Shown: positions 10,460 to 20,622 of the stretch, piece after piece | Layout of the letters: every line of letters starts with the position of its first letter | Position numbering within the stretch: the first letter of the stretch is position 1 | NCBI GenBank assembly: GCA_048939765.1 | Contig: JBHLPF010000020.1 | Location: 1-64,000, forward strand | Reading direction: 5' to 3' | Length of the DNA: 64,000 nt | From: Promethearchaeota archaeon | Lineage (GTDB): Archaea; Asgardarchaeota; Thorarchaeia; Thorarchaeales; Thorarchaeaceae | Translations under genes and position numbers: made by a program | The notes under the pieces: generated by a model | The model's database searches: none | The model's input: the letters and a program-made list of their open reading frames with translations, nothing else | What the model was told of the DNA's origin: nothing

Positions 10460-11110
10460 ATGAGTGGTGAAACTGACCAACTTGAGAAGAATCCCTTCGA
10501 TATATGTGTCTGGAAGGCAAAGGAAGAGTGTGGCGACTGTTCGCTTCACAATGAGATACACTGTGAGATGCATCGAAATGACACGTTGATGTTTGGAGGC
10601 AGTGCAATGCTGTTCTTCATTCCCTCCATCGGGGGCATGCTTCTTGGTGGTATGTGGCCCTGGGTCATTGGATATTTCATCTACTGGTTGATCTTCTTCG
10701 AGCTCTGGGAGAACAGGATTCTTTGTAGTCATTGCCCATTCTACGCCGAGGACGGGGGGCAAGGCCACACTCTGCATTGCTACGCAAACTATGGACTGTA
10801 TAAGACCTGGCCATACAATCCAAGTCCAATGAGCCGATCTCATCGGATTCAATTCCTAGTCGCTCTCACCATCTTTGCTGGCTATCCAATTCCATTCCTC
10901 ATCTTGAGCAACCAATTGCTCTTTCTTGGTTTGACAATTGCCGGGATTGGAATATGGTTGAGTGTGTTGAAGTCCAATATCTGTCCGAGATGTGTGAACT
11001 TCTCATGCCCACTGAACGGTGTACCAAAGGAGACCGTGGATGCATTCCTCAAGCGAAACCCCGTGATGATGAAGGCATGGATAGATAGTGGCTATGAGTT
11101 GAGTGCTTAG
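10460..11110 (+). CDS. Cys-rich membrane protein of unknown function
   Basis: About 4 hydrophobic segments; CSHCPFY and CPRCVNFSCPLN motifs. Confidence 0.7.
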   Translation: MSGETDQLEKNPFDICVWKAKEECGDCSLHNEIHCEMHRNDTLMFGGSAMLFFIPSIGGMLLGGMWPWVIGYFIYWLIFFELWENRILCSHCPFYAEDGGQGHTLHCYANYGLYKTWPYNPSPMSRSHRIQFLVALTIFAGYPIPFLILSNQLLFLGLTIAGIGIWLSVLKSNICPRCVNFSCPLNGVPKETVDAFLKRNPVMMKAWIDSGYELSA

Positions 11111-11146
11111 ATAAGGGCTATACACGAAGTCTATTCTGCAATCGCA

Positions 11147-11359
11147 TTGAAGGCCAGAGCGGCGGATTGGATTAGAAATCATACCTCTGTTCACACATCA
11201 ACCCATGAACTTGCCAAGATTGTATCCCAGTCAAAGCCGAAGCGCCTCGTTCTAAACCACCAGCTTTTCTGGTCGGATTCTGAAACCGAACTACTCCAAG
11301 AGAGCAAGAACAGGTACGATGGAATCGTGGCATCCGGCAATGACCTCGACGTATTCTGA
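11147..11359 (+). pseudogene. C-terminal fragment of an MBL-fold (RNase Z/arylsulfatase-like) hydrolase
   Basis: HTSTHELAK...PKRLVLNH...GNDLDVF with no N-terminal HxHxDH part. Confidence 0.6.
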
Positions 11360-11362
11360 AGC

Positions 11363-12589
11363 CTAGAATAGTGTGACCTCCACCATTTCACCTTCTTCAA
11401 TGACATCAAGATTTACTGGCAATATGATGTAGCCATCGGCATTTGCCATGCTTGTGATGGCACCAGAATGCTTGTACACTGGATGGGCCACACCGTCTTG
11501 AATTCTTACTGTCAGAAATTGCTGACGACCAGATGATGAAACGATACGTTTGCCAATCTTTGCCGTAACAGTCTTGGGCGGCACTGGCGGAAGCCTTGCC
11601 ATTTGTCTAATAGCAGGAATAAGAAACACGTAGGCATTACTGAGACAGGATGTGGGGTATCCCGGCATTCCAAACACAGGGGTATTGTCAGCTAATCCAA
11701 ACAAGGTAGGTTTGCCAGGTTTAATCTGAACTCCGTGGAAGAAGACTTCACCAATTTCTGCGAGAATCCCTGCTAGTAAGTCCTTCTCGCCAACCGAGCT
11801 TCCCCCAGAGAGCACCACCATATTATGCGTACATGCTTCGGTTATGGCGTTCTTGAGTAGTACATAATCATCCCCTACAATAGCATACCGTTCGACTTTA
11901 GCACCATTCTCACGAAGGACTGCTTCCAGCGTGAATGAATTGACATCGTAAATCTGGCCTGGAGAGAGTGGGTTTCCGGGTGCGACTATCTCCTCTCCTG
12001 TTGGGATGACAGCAACACTTGGTCTGGCGTAGACCTCGACATCAGTTCTTCCCAGCGCTGCTAAGGTACCAATCTTGGCTGGCGATAACCAGCTTCCGGC
12101 AGTCAGAACAATGTTGCCTTCTACAATATCCTCTCCCTTCTTCGAAATATTGGCACCGGGATAGACCGGTCGTGTCACCAGAATTTGGTTCTCGTGTTTC
12201 TCAGTGTATTCCACCATGACCACAGCATCTGCACCCTGCGGCAAAGGCGATCCGGTGGCAATCTGAATGCAACACCCTGGTGTAACTGCATTCTCAGAAA
12301 CGTCACCTGCATGGATGACACCTTTGAGCTCCAATTTGATTCCACCCTCATCAGCCCCAAAGGTGTCCTCTGCGATGACTGCATATCCATCCATCGCGGA
12401 CCTATTGAAGGGAGGTACAGAGCGATCTGCCAGGATGTCTGTGGCAAGGACTCTACCTGATGCAGCTGATATTGGAACGGTTTCTGTCGCATCAAGAGGC
12501 CTACAGTTCCTCAAGACTAGTTTCTCTGCTTCGTGCTGCGAAACAAGCAGTTTGAATGGTTCCATCTCTTTCATCGGTCGACCTCCCAT
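11363..12589 (-). CDS. moeA: Molybdopterin molybdotransferase MoeA
   Basis: PPFNRSAMDGYA, TGEEI, SGGSSVG, KPGKP, GMPGYP. Confidence 0.95.
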   Translation of the reverse strand: MGGRPMKEMEPFKLLVSQHEAEKLVLRNCRPLDATETVPISAASGRVLATDILADRSVPPFNRSAMDGYAVIAEDTFGADEGGIKLELKGVIHAGDVSENAVTPGCCIQIATGSPLPQGADAVVMVEYTEKHENQILVTRPVYPGANISKKGEDIVEGNIVLTAGSWLSPAKIGTLAALGRTDVEVYARPSVAVIPTGEEIVAPGNPLSPGQIYDVNSFTLEAVLRENGAKVERYAIVGDDYVLLKNAITEACTHNMVVLSGGSSVGEKDLLAGILAEIGEVFFHGVQIKPGKPTLFGLADNTPVFGMPGYPTSCLSNAYVFLIPAIRQMARLPPVPPKTVTAKIGKRIVSSSGRQQFLTVRIQDGVAHPVYKHSGAITSMANADGYIILPVNLDVIEEGEMVEVTLF

Positions 12590-13071
12590 AATAAATGGCC
12601 AATGCTTGGAAGAATGATCTCTTTCAATGCGGTGGTCATTGCATTCTTTGAGCCAGGAAGACAGAACACCACCTTCCTCCCGATTAATCCTGCAGTTGCC
12701 CGACTATAGATTCCTGGCAAGCCAATCTCTGTAAGGCTCAAGCGTCTAAAGTGCTCTCCAAATCCTTCCAGTGTCTTCTCGAAGAGCTGCCCTAATACGC
12801 CTGCAGTCAGGTCCTTCTTGCTAACTCCCGTGCCTCCGCTTGTGAGAATGACTCTAATCTCAGAATCATCAATATATCTCAGTATCATCTTTCTAATTGC
12901 ATTGGATTCATTGGGCACAATGTCGTAGGCGCCAATTTTATGCCCTTCAGCAATAGCCAGTTCCTTTGCAATCTTGCCTGATTTGTCGGTTGCCTCCGTA
13001 CGTGTGTCACTGACTACAAGAACCGCGAACGTTGTTTCGACCTTCTGGTCCCTTCTGTGTTCATCGCTCAT
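12571..13071 (-). CDS. moaB: MoaB/MogA molybdopterin adenylyltransferase
   Basis: VSD, DKSG, SGGTG, SRA, LPGS. Confidence 0.92.
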   Translation of the reverse strand: MSDEHRRDQKVETTFAVLVVSDTRTEATDKSGKIAKELAIAEGHKIGAYDIVPNESNAIRKMILRYIDDSEIRVILTSGGTGVSKKDLTAGVLGQLFEKTLEGFGEHFRRLSLTEIGLPGIYSRATAGLIGRKVVFCLPGSKNAMTTALKEIILPSIGHLLWEVDR

Positions 13072-13955
13072 TGTAGTTCGGCCTTCTCTTTCTTGATTAC
13101 TCGTACTCCATCTAGACGCGCAGTTGGATATTGCCCATCTGAGTCCTTCTCCAGATACTTTGTCATATCCCAGATTGAGAGAAGTGCTGTTGTGATACCA
13201 ACCAAGGCCTCCATCTCGACACCTGTGGAGTATGTGGCAACGACTTCACATGTGCCTGTTATGTGGTCATCATGAAACCTGAAAGAAATATCCACCGAAG
13301 ACAATGGTATTTGATGGCAAAGCGGAATGATATCGGAAGTCTTCTTGGCGGCCATAATGCCTGCTATCTCGGACACTGAAAGCACATCCCCTTTCTTTGT
13401 TGTACCTAAACGTACTGCCTCCACAGTATTTGGACTGAGAACCAAATCACCAACCGCAACAGCCCTTCTGAACACCTGAAACTTCTCAGAAATGTCCACC
13501 ATCTTGGTTTCAGAACGCTGCTTTGCATCAGTTTCTCCAACCCAATGATCGCCTTCATCGTAGAATTCATGCTTCCATATTGGCACAATTTCCTTCAATC
13601 GTTCAATGACATGCCTGCACCCCTGAAATGCGTCGGCTCTATGGGCAGCTCCTACAACGATAATGACGATGTTCTGTCCAACCTGAATCTTGCCTTTTCT
13701 ATGAACCACTGAAACATCAGTCACTTCGAATTTAGAGATCGCCTCATCGCGAATCTTCTCAAGTTCTTTTACAGCTTGATCGTCATCAGCTTCAAACTCT
13801 AGTTTCTCAACTACCTTGCCTCGACTCGTGTCTCTGACACTGCCTAAGAAGATGACAATGGCTCCCATCTCTGGTCGCCTAGTCTGCGATATGACTTGTT
13901 CAATAGCGAAGTCTTGATCTGTGACCTCTATCATTTTGATTCGTCCTCCTGCCAA
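13068..13955 (-). CDS. MoaE-MoaC fusion protein
   Basis: N-terminal GAIVIFLGSVR/HRKG/PIWKHE (MoaE); C-terminal MVDISEK/KKGDVL/IPLCH/TGVEMEAL (MoaC). Confidence 0.9.
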   Translation of the reverse strand: MAGGRIKMIEVTDQDFAIEQVISQTRRPEMGAIVIFLGSVRDTSRGKVVEKLEFEADDDQAVKELEKIRDEAISKFEVTDVSVVHRKGKIQVGQNIVIIVVGAAHRADAFQGCRHVIERLKEIVPIWKHEFYDEGDHWVGETDAKQRSETKMVDISEKFQVFRRAVAVGDLVLSPNTVEAVRLGTTKKGDVLSVSEIAGIMAAKKTSDIIPLCHQIPLSSVDISFRFHDDHITGTCEVVATYSTGVEMEALVGITTALLSIWDMTKYLEKDSDGQYPTARLDGVRVIKKEKAELQ

Positions 13956-14935
13956 TATGGCTCCCGCAGAGATGCGGCTTTCACATATGCACCAAGCAAC
14001 AGGTTATCGTATTTGCAGTCAGATAGAAGGTGTCGGACATGTACTAGATTGTCTTCTCGATACAGACAGGGTTTGAGCTTTCCATCGGATGTGACTCTAA
14101 GACGAGTGCAGTTTTTGCAGAAACTCGAATTGCCCATGGATCTTACAACTTCCACCTCCACCGATCCATTCTCAACTGGAATGGTATATCGCCTTCTGCC
14201 GTGAAGGGTTCGTTGTTCGATCTTCGTAGCGACCTGCTGAAACTGTTCTTCGAGTCCATCCATTCTAGTTCTTTGGTCATCGAGTTTCATATTTGGCTGC
14301 GTTGGAATGTCTTGAAGCTCAATCAACTGTAGAATTGCGCCTAATCCCGAAGCGAAGCGCATCATGGAGTGTATTTCGTCATCATTGATTGACTTGATGA
14401 GTGTCATGTTGATTTTCACTGGTGAAAGACCTGCATCTATCGCACTCTGTATGCCTCGCTTGACCTTTGATAGATTGTTGAACCCCGTGATTCTTTGGTA
14501 GGTTGGCGCTCGAAGGGTGTGAAGGCTCACATTCACTCGGTCTAATCCAGCATTTTTCAAGTCAGTAGCCATTTCTTCGAGAAATGTGCCATTGGTTGTG
14601 AGTGACAAATCCTCAACAACTGGGGAAACCCTCCTGATAATCTCAAGTATATCTGAACGTAGCAGAGGCTCTCCGCCAGTTAGCTTCACTCTTGTGACAC
14701 CATGTGCCACGCCCACTTGCACAAGGCGCTCAATTTCCTCAGGGCTCATCTCAGGTCCATCCAGAGATTGACCCTCTGTATGACAGAAGAAACAAGCATG
14801 ATTGCACTTCTGTGTAAGGGATATCCTCAGATAGTTGATGTGTCGACCGTAGGCATCAACAAGTGGTTCATGTGCACAGGTTGGCTCTCTCTTTCGAATG
14901 GAGTCCTTGTCAGATTCTAGCATGGATTTCAACAC
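13931..14935 (-). CDS. moaA: GTP 3',8-cyclase MoaA
   Basis: LRISLT-CNHACFFC, TGGEP, FCKNCTRLR...KPCL. Confidence 0.95.
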   Translation of the reverse strand: MLKSMLESDKDSIRKREPTCAHEPLVDAYGRHINYLRISLTQKCNHACFFCHTEGQSLDGPEMSPEEIERLVQVGVAHGVTRVKLTGGEPLLRSDILEIIRRVSPVVEDLSLTTNGTFLEEMATDLKNAGLDRVNVSLHTLRAPTYQRITGFNNLSKVKRGIQSAIDAGLSPVKINMTLIKSINDDEIHSMMRFASGLGAILQLIELQDIPTQPNMKLDDQRTRMDGLEEQFQQVATKIEQRTLHGRRRYTIPVENGSVEVEVVRSMGNSSFCKNCTRLRVTSDGKLKPCLYREDNLVHVRHLLSDCKYDNLLLGAYVKAASLREPYWQEDESK

Positions 14936-14960
14936 GCTCCATACTTGTAGATTGATAATT

Positions 14961-14978
14961 GTTATGTTTGGTCATGCA
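14961..14978 (-). promoter_or_regulatory. Shared 18-bp box upstream of moaA
   Basis: GTTATGTTTGGTCATGCA; 17/18 identical to 17898-17915. Confidence 0.7.
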
Positions 14979-15008
14979 GCTCGGTCAAATAGACATGTAG
15001 ATACCGAC

Positions 15009-16091
15009 CTAGAAGACCACGACTGATGATGCCTTGAATGTAACATAGACCGTGTCACCTATTCCAAGCTCGAGATCATTCAGAGACCTCTGTGTGATCT
15101 GTACTGCAATCTCAACTCCAACATCAACAGTAAGTAAAATCGTGGAGTCGGAGTCATCAATTCCCACGACCGTTCCTGTGAGTGTGTTCCGGGCACTTGA
15201 CAGAATGCTTTCCTTTGAAACAATGACATCTTGCGGGGAGATCCACATCGTGACGTCTCCATCATGTGTTCCCACTGCCTGAACAGACACACTGTCTGTC
15301 AACTGGATTTGTAGTAGACCTCTCCAGACCCGCTCTTCAGACAGCCAAGTGGCCTTTCCTTTGAATGTGTTGAGTGCTCTTCCTTCATCCTGTAACCTCT
15401 CAAGTTCAGTCCCCAACATAACATTTGGCTTGCCAATCAGTCCTATCATTCCATCCTGAATGATAGCTGTTCTGTGTGCCAGCGTTTCGGCTTGAAACAT
15501 GTTATGGGTCGAAACTACGATAGTGGTCCCACGCTCTGTATTAGCCTTCCTCAGAACATCCTCAACACCTCTGGCACTATCGATGTCTAGATCAGCTGTG
15601 GGTTCATCCAGTAGGAGTATCTCAGGATCGAGCACAAGAGCTCGAGCGAGAGCCACTCGTCTTTGTTCCCCTCCAGATAGACTGCGGGCCATTCTTGTTC
15701 CAAAACCCTCTAGGCCAACAAACAACAGAGTTTCCTGAACACGCTTTGCTATGATGGTTTCATCCATTCCTCTGATTCGAAGACCATATGCAATGTTCTT
15801 TGAAACTGATGTTCCAAAATGCACAGGCTTTTGGAAGACAACTGTTGCGGATCGCCGAAGTGACTCCCTGTTTTCGTCAGTCACAGTTTCATCGTGGAAT
15901 GCGACCTCGCCTGATGACGGCGCGATCAGCCCGCCAAGAGCTCGAAGAAGGGTTGTCTTGCCCGCACCATTTGGTCCAACGATGGACAGGATCTCGCCCT
16001 TCTGAACTTCAAGGTTGACTCCTCTGAGGGCATGAGTATCATCAAGATAGACGTGTAGGTCCCTTGCAGCAATTACTCCCAAAGCCACCAC
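15009..16091 (-). CDS. tupC: Tungstate ABC transporter ATPase with TOBE domain
   Basis: GPNGAGKT, LSGGE, LLLDEP, SSARN TOBE motif. Confidence 0.85.
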   Translation of the reverse strand: MVALGVIAARDLHVYLDDTHALRGVNLEVQKGEILSIVGPNGAGKTTLLRALGGLIAPSSGEVAFHDETVTDENRESLRRSATVVFQKPVHFGTSVSKNIAYGLRIRGMDETIIAKRVQETLLFVGLEGFGTRMARSLSGGEQRRVALARALVLDPEILLLDEPTADLDIDSARGVEDVLRKANTERGTTIVVSTHNMFQAETLAHRTAIIQDGMIGLIGKPNVMLGTELERLQDEGRALNTFKGKATWLSEERVWRGLLQIQLTDSVSVQAVGTHDGDVTMWISPQDVIVSKESILSSARNTLTGTVVGIDDSDSTILLTVDVGVEIAVQITQRSLNDLELGIGDTVYVTFKASSVVVF

Positions 16092-16735
16092 CTCACCCTT
16101 TTCTCTGCAATTCTTAGAAGGATGTTGAATGTCAGCATGAGTGAGAGCAGAACGGCAGTAAGACCGAGGCCAAGAGCGATCTCGCCTCTTGTTGTTTGAA
16201 GTGCAATGGAGGTGGTTAGGACTCTTGTGAGACCTTGGATGTTGCCTCCAAGCATCAATGCGACGCCAAGTTCCGAGATTGCCCTACTGAACGCAGCCGA
16301 CACTGCCAGAAGAATCCCTCCTACAGACTCTCTGAGTACAGATGCAAAGGCACCTCTTTCATCGGCTCCAAGCGTCATAGCCAATTCACGAATGCTTGGG
16401 TCAACATTCTCGACGGTTTCAGTGGAGATGCTGACTATTATTGGAAGAATCAGGATTGCTTGTCCGATGATCATAGCAAAGGGAGAATAGAGTACATTGA
16501 GAAAGCCAAGAGGCCCTGAATTTGAGAATAAAAGATATAGCAACAGTCCAAGTGCGACTGTAGGCAGCGCCATCAGACCGTTGACTACACCTTTGAGGTG
16601 TGACCTACCTCTAAACTTCTTCAGGCCAATAAGAACACCTAAGGGAATCCCAATACCAGCGGCAAGAAGTGCCGCAAGACTTGATACGAACAGACTCCGA
16701 AGAGTGATTTCTATAATCTCGGTTTCTAATGACAT
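16073..16735 (-). CDS. tupB: Tungstate ABC transporter permease
   Basis: ALPTVALGL, ELG...GGNI...TRVLTT. Confidence 0.88.
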   Translation of the reverse strand: MSLETEIIEITLRSLFVSSLAALLAAGIGIPLGVLIGLKKFRGRSHLKGVVNGLMALPTVALGLLLYLLFSNSGPLGFLNVLYSPFAMIIGQAILILPIIVSISTETVENVDPSIRELAMTLGADERGAFASVLRESVGGILLAVSAAFSRAISELGVALMLGGNIQGLTRVLTTSIALQTTRGEIALGLGLTAVLLSLMLTFNILLRIAEKRVRWWLWE

Positions 16736-16755
16736 CTATCTCCCTCTTCTTTCTC

Positions 16756-17802
16756 TCAGCGAATCACTTCAGTCCTCAATGGGATGTAGAACATCTCAAT
16801 GAGAAGAGGATACAGGCCGTAACTTCCTGTTCTCCAAGATGGTGGACATTCATATAGTGTTCCTCCAAAGTCAAAGAACGCTGTAGATCGTATCCAGCCA
16901 TAGACATCGGCAGGAGTCTGGGATTGAACAATGCTCGCGGCTGGATTGAAGAGGGCTTGACCATAGTCCTCCTGACCATATGCTCCAATCAAATCTTGAG
17001 CCTCTGCTCCCACTAGCCACCCGATGAACTCCATTGCTAAATCGAACTTGACACCCTCTACCTTTGTTGCATTCACTGCAATAGCACTATAGACGTTGAT
17101 GAGAGTCTGGTCTGACTCAACATGCTTTGCCAGAGTAATGAGCCCGTCTGAGAAGTATTTCAGATATGTTCCAATGTCTGCCAACGTATATAGTCCCAAT
17201 TCATCAGCAGTCTGCAATGTGGTGCCCATGCCGCTCCCCGATGATAGGAACCAAGACTCCCCCTTTATCGTTTCAAAATCCAGACCAGTCTGGGTCCACA
17301 ACGAGATTTCCTTGGCGTTCGTACCGGAGCTATCATCTCGTGATATCCATAGACTGGTGCCGTGGCTGTGGCCGTAGTCATAGATTTGCTGAAGAGCAGC
17401 GGTTGTGTTCATTCCGTTTATTCCGGCTGGATCATCACTGGGCCCGACCACCACAAAGAAGTTGTACGCAATGATTTTGCGATTGACACCATAGCTTTGA
17501 TTCATGAAGTCGAATTCTTGTGATGGCGAATGCACCAGTATTGCATCGGCATCTCCATTCATCGCATGTGTGATAGCAATACCTGTGCCAGCTGATATGA
17601 AGGCCAGTATCACTTGCGAGTGTGACTCTTCATATACAGTCTTCACCTCATCGAGAAGCCCAGTATCATAGAGGCTTGTCGTTGTAGAGATTACTAGTGT
17701 TTCTTTGTTCTGGATCTGTGAGAAATACCACAAAGAGCCTGCTATTGCTCCAGTGAGAATCACAGCCAAGACAACCAGACCGATTTGTTGCTCTCGCCTC
17801 AA
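16756..17802 (-). CDS. tupA: Tungstate-binding protein
   Basis: TTTSLYDTGLL, GTG, SRDDSSGT. Confidence 0.9.
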   Translation of the reverse strand: MRREQQIGLVVLAVILTGAIAGSLWYFSQIQNKETLVISTTTSLYDTGLLDEVKTVYEESHSQVILAFISAGTGIAITHAMNGDADAILVHSPSQEFDFMNQSYGVNRKIIAYNFFVVVGPSDDPAGINGMNTTAALQQIYDYGHSHGTSLWISRDDSSGTNAKEISLWTQTGLDFETIKGESWFLSSGSGMGTTLQTADELGLYTLADIGTYLKYFSDGLITLAKHVESDQTLINVYSAIAVNATKVEGVKFDLAMEFIGWLVGAEAQDLIGAYGQEDYGQALFNPAASIVQSQTPADVYGWIRSTAFFDFGGTLYECPPSWRTGSYGLYPLLIEMFYIPLRTEVIR

Positions 17803-17897
17803 TATTTACACCCTGTGAACCAATGCTTGAATCTTACATAGAGGAATACTCAATGCTGGATTCGATTCGACGCGTGGAAATGGAGCTTGTAATAAGG

Positions 17898-17915
17898 GTT
17901 ATGTTTGGCCATGCA
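17898..17915 (-). promoter_or_regulatory. Shared 18-bp box upstream of tupA
   Basis: GTTATGTTTGGCCATGCA; matches 14961-14978. Confidence 0.7.
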
Positions 17916-18046
17916 TATCGATAGCGGTTAAAAGCAGAAATCAGGAGGATTAAGGACACTAAGTCAATGACATGAGCACGGTAGCTGTATCGCCTCATTC
18001 CCAAATCTTTTGACTAGTCTGGTATTCTGTATACTGGGTCATAAAG

Positions 18047-18880
18047 ATGACAGGTTTCGACCAGAAATTTGAGAGAGTCAGAGGGCTTTTTAAAGGAAAG
18101 AGAGTGCTGGTCGCCTTCAGCGGGGGTGTGGACAGCTCAGTTCTTGCTCAAATTTCACAGAAGTGTGCTCTAGAGACTGTTCTATTGACTGTGGACAGCA
18201 TTACATTTCCCCGAACTGAACTGCAAGCGGCAATGGACGTCGCTGAAGAGCTTGGCATCAAGATAAAGGTCATCGAACTGGACGAACTTGCTAACCAAAA
18301 TCTGGTAAAGAACCCAGTTGACAGGTGTTATCACTGCAAGAAAGAGCTTGCTTCTGTTTGGCTGAATACTGCAGAGCAGTTGGGAATGGATATTGTCGTA
18401 GATGGAACAAATGCTAGTGATATGAACGATTATCGCCCAGGTGCAATGGCTCTTGAGGAGGCAGGGGTCATCTCTCCGTTTAGAGAGTATGGCATTACCA
18501 AGGAGGAGATTCGCAGTTATGCTAGGGAGGCAGGCCTGTCGGTCGCAGAAAGACCTTCAATGGCCTGTCTTTCAAGTAGGTTTCCTTACGGCACTGAGAT
18601 AACAGAAGAACGAGTGAAACGTGTAGACAAAGTGGAGCAGGCTGTGAAAGAGATTTTTGAGATCGAGTGTGTACGTGCACGGTTCCATGGCGATTTAGTC
18701 CGCATAGAGGTCGGTCGAGAGGAACGGGAGAGACTGTTTGATGTGAACAAGCTAGACAGGATTTATGAGCTCGCTAAGCGAGCGGGGTTCAAGTACGTCA
18801 CATTCGATGTCCTAGGATACCGTACAGGGGCAATGAACGAAGTTCTTGAAGCTCAATCATCTGCTCTGATTGATTCATGA
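18047..18880 (+). CDS. larE: ATP-dependent sulfur transferase LarE
   Basis: SGGVDS PP-loop, RCYHCK, DYRPG, CLSSR. Confidence 0.92.
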   Translation: MTGFDQKFERVRGLFKGKRVLVAFSGGVDSSVLAQISQKCALETVLLTVDSITFPRTELQAAMDVAEELGIKIKVIELDELANQNLVKNPVDRCYHCKKELASVWLNTAEQLGMDIVVDGTNASDMNDYRPGAMALEEAGVISPFREYGITKEEIRSYAREAGLSVAERPSMACLSSRFPYGTEITEERVKRVDKVEQAVKEIFEIECVRARFHGDLVRIEVGREERERLFDVNKLDRIYELAKRAGFKYVTFDVLGYRTGAMNEVLEAQSSALIDS

Positions 18881-18976
18881 CACCTTGGCATTTCAAACCG
18901 ATTTCTGAAGACCGACATATGACGGTTGAAGAATCAAATAGCAATTAGATGTGAAAGACATTCAAGGTGTCATCAG

Positions 18977-19726
18977 ATGTCTACTCTTACAGAAAGTCTG
19001 AAAGAACTTGCGCTTGGTAGTGGATTTGCAGATGTAGGAATTACTACACCTGAGAGAGTCAGTGATTTGTATTATGGATGGGTTGGCAAGATTCGAAAGA
19101 TGAAAACACCTTCGGAGGAGTTGAAGTCCGTTAGATCTGTAATCATCATGACTCAGCAAATCTGGGATGACTCGTTCAGTTTATCCATATACCCGCAAGA
19201 CTGGAAGGGGTATGGAATGCACCCAGAGAATGAGCAATTCGAATCATACTATGTGGGCTATGAGGTCATGAGGAAGAAAGCTCAGTTCATCGTCGATTAT
19301 TTGAAAGATAGTGGATTTGAAGCACTCATTTCTTTTGAAATACCCTGTAAGACAACCGCTGTTCGGTGTGGTCTAGGTGCTCAAGGAAAGAACACCCTAC
19401 TAGTGACTCCAAATCTCGGACCCAGGGTAATGTTGGTTTCTGTGCTCACATCCGCAGAGCTTGAGGTCGATGAGCCCTTTGAGGATGATTTGTGTGGGGA
19501 CTGTGAGAAATGCATCACAGCATGTCCAAGTAGAGCGATTGAGCCATACAGGCTAACGATTCATAGATGTATGACATATTCTGCTGAGAGTCCTTGTTCT
19601 CCAGATGTTCCTCAGGATGTTCGGAAACTAGAGAAGAAGTTGGTTCGCCGACCTACAAAGAATAGTTTCATCGATTGTTCGATATGTATCAATGTTTGCC
19701 CAGTCGGAAAGAAGCAGGGAGCGTAA
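18977..19726 (+). CDS. Epoxyqueuosine-reductase-like cobalamin/4Fe-4S protein
   Basis: GLGAQGKNTL...GPRV, CGDCEKCITACP, CSICINVCP. Confidence 0.75.
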   Translation: MSTLTESLKELALGSGFADVGITTPERVSDLYYGWVGKIRKMKTPSEELKSVRSVIIMTQQIWDDSFSLSIYPQDWKGYGMHPENEQFESYYVGYEVMRKKAQFIVDYLKDSGFEALISFEIPCKTTAVRCGLGAQGKNTLLVTPNLGPRVMLVSVLTSAELEVDEPFEDDLCGDCEKCITACPSRAIEPYRLTIHRCMTYSAESPCSPDVPQDVRKLEKKLVRRPTKNSFIDCSICINVCPVGKKQGA

Positions 19727-19762
19727 TACTATAAGCCGGAGACATCACGGACTTAATGAGAG

Positions 19763-20479
19763 GTGACAACACTGAATAACGACCAGATCAAACAAGCCTT
19801 CACAATTCTGTCTACACCACAAATAGCTGATGCCTGTATACGTCTGGCTGTTCCTCTGAGAATAGGCCCACCTGGCATCAGGTTGATTGATAGTAGATTG
19901 CGCATTGCGGGTAGATCGCTTCCATGCCGACACTTCGGAAGCGTAGACATCTTTTTGGAAATCATGGAGAATGCAAATGAGGGGGATGTGCTGGTGATAG
20001 ACAATGGTGGTCGGGATGATGAGGGATGCATTGGAGACCTCATCACACTTGAAGCAAAGGAACGCGGACTTGGCGGAATTGTGGTCTGGGGCACTCACAG
20101 AGACACCAAGGAGCTGATAGAGATTGGACTTCCGATCATGAGCTATGGCACCTATCCTGCCGGACCACAAAGAGTCGACCCACGAACTCCTGACGCACTT
20201 GAGCTAGCTAGATTTGGTGAGTTCACAGTGACACGCGAAGACGTGGTTTTCGGAGATTCTGACGGTGTTCTCTTTGTATCGTATGAGAATACTCCAAGTG
20301 TGCTGGAAGCTGCCAAGGCAATAATGGAAAAGGAACAGAGTCAATCCGCCAAGATTAGAAACGGGAATAATCTGAGCGAACAATTACAGTTTGAGAGATA
20401 TCTTCGCGCCAGAAAGAAAGACTCGTCACTCACCTTTAGACAACACCTCAGAAGGATTGGTGGAGCAGTCGAGGAGTAG
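19763..20479 (+). CDS. RraA/HMG aldolase family protein
   Basis: GDVLVID, GDL, G-x-x-RD, GDSDGV. Confidence 0.85.
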   Translation: MTTLNNDQIKQAFTILSTPQIADACIRLAVPLRIGPPGIRLIDSRLRIAGRSLPCRHFGSVDIFLEIMENANEGDVLVIDNGGRDDEGCIGDLITLEAKERGLGGIVVWGTHRDTKELIEIGLPIMSYGTYPAGPQRVDPRTPDALELARFGEFTVTREDVVFGDSDGVLFVSYENTPSVLEAAKAIMEKEQSQSAKIRNGNNLSEQLQFERYLRARKKDSSLTFRQHLRRIGGAVEE

Positions 20480-20622
20480 CGATGGTGCAGACCGACTTCA
20501 CATGTGATACGTGAGTGATACGCTAAAACCCACAAATTACTCAACCACACAGCTGAAATATCACTATAAGTAACAGATTGGTAGGAAGATAAAGCCGCCA
20601 CCCATGAACGGAGGGAGTCAGC

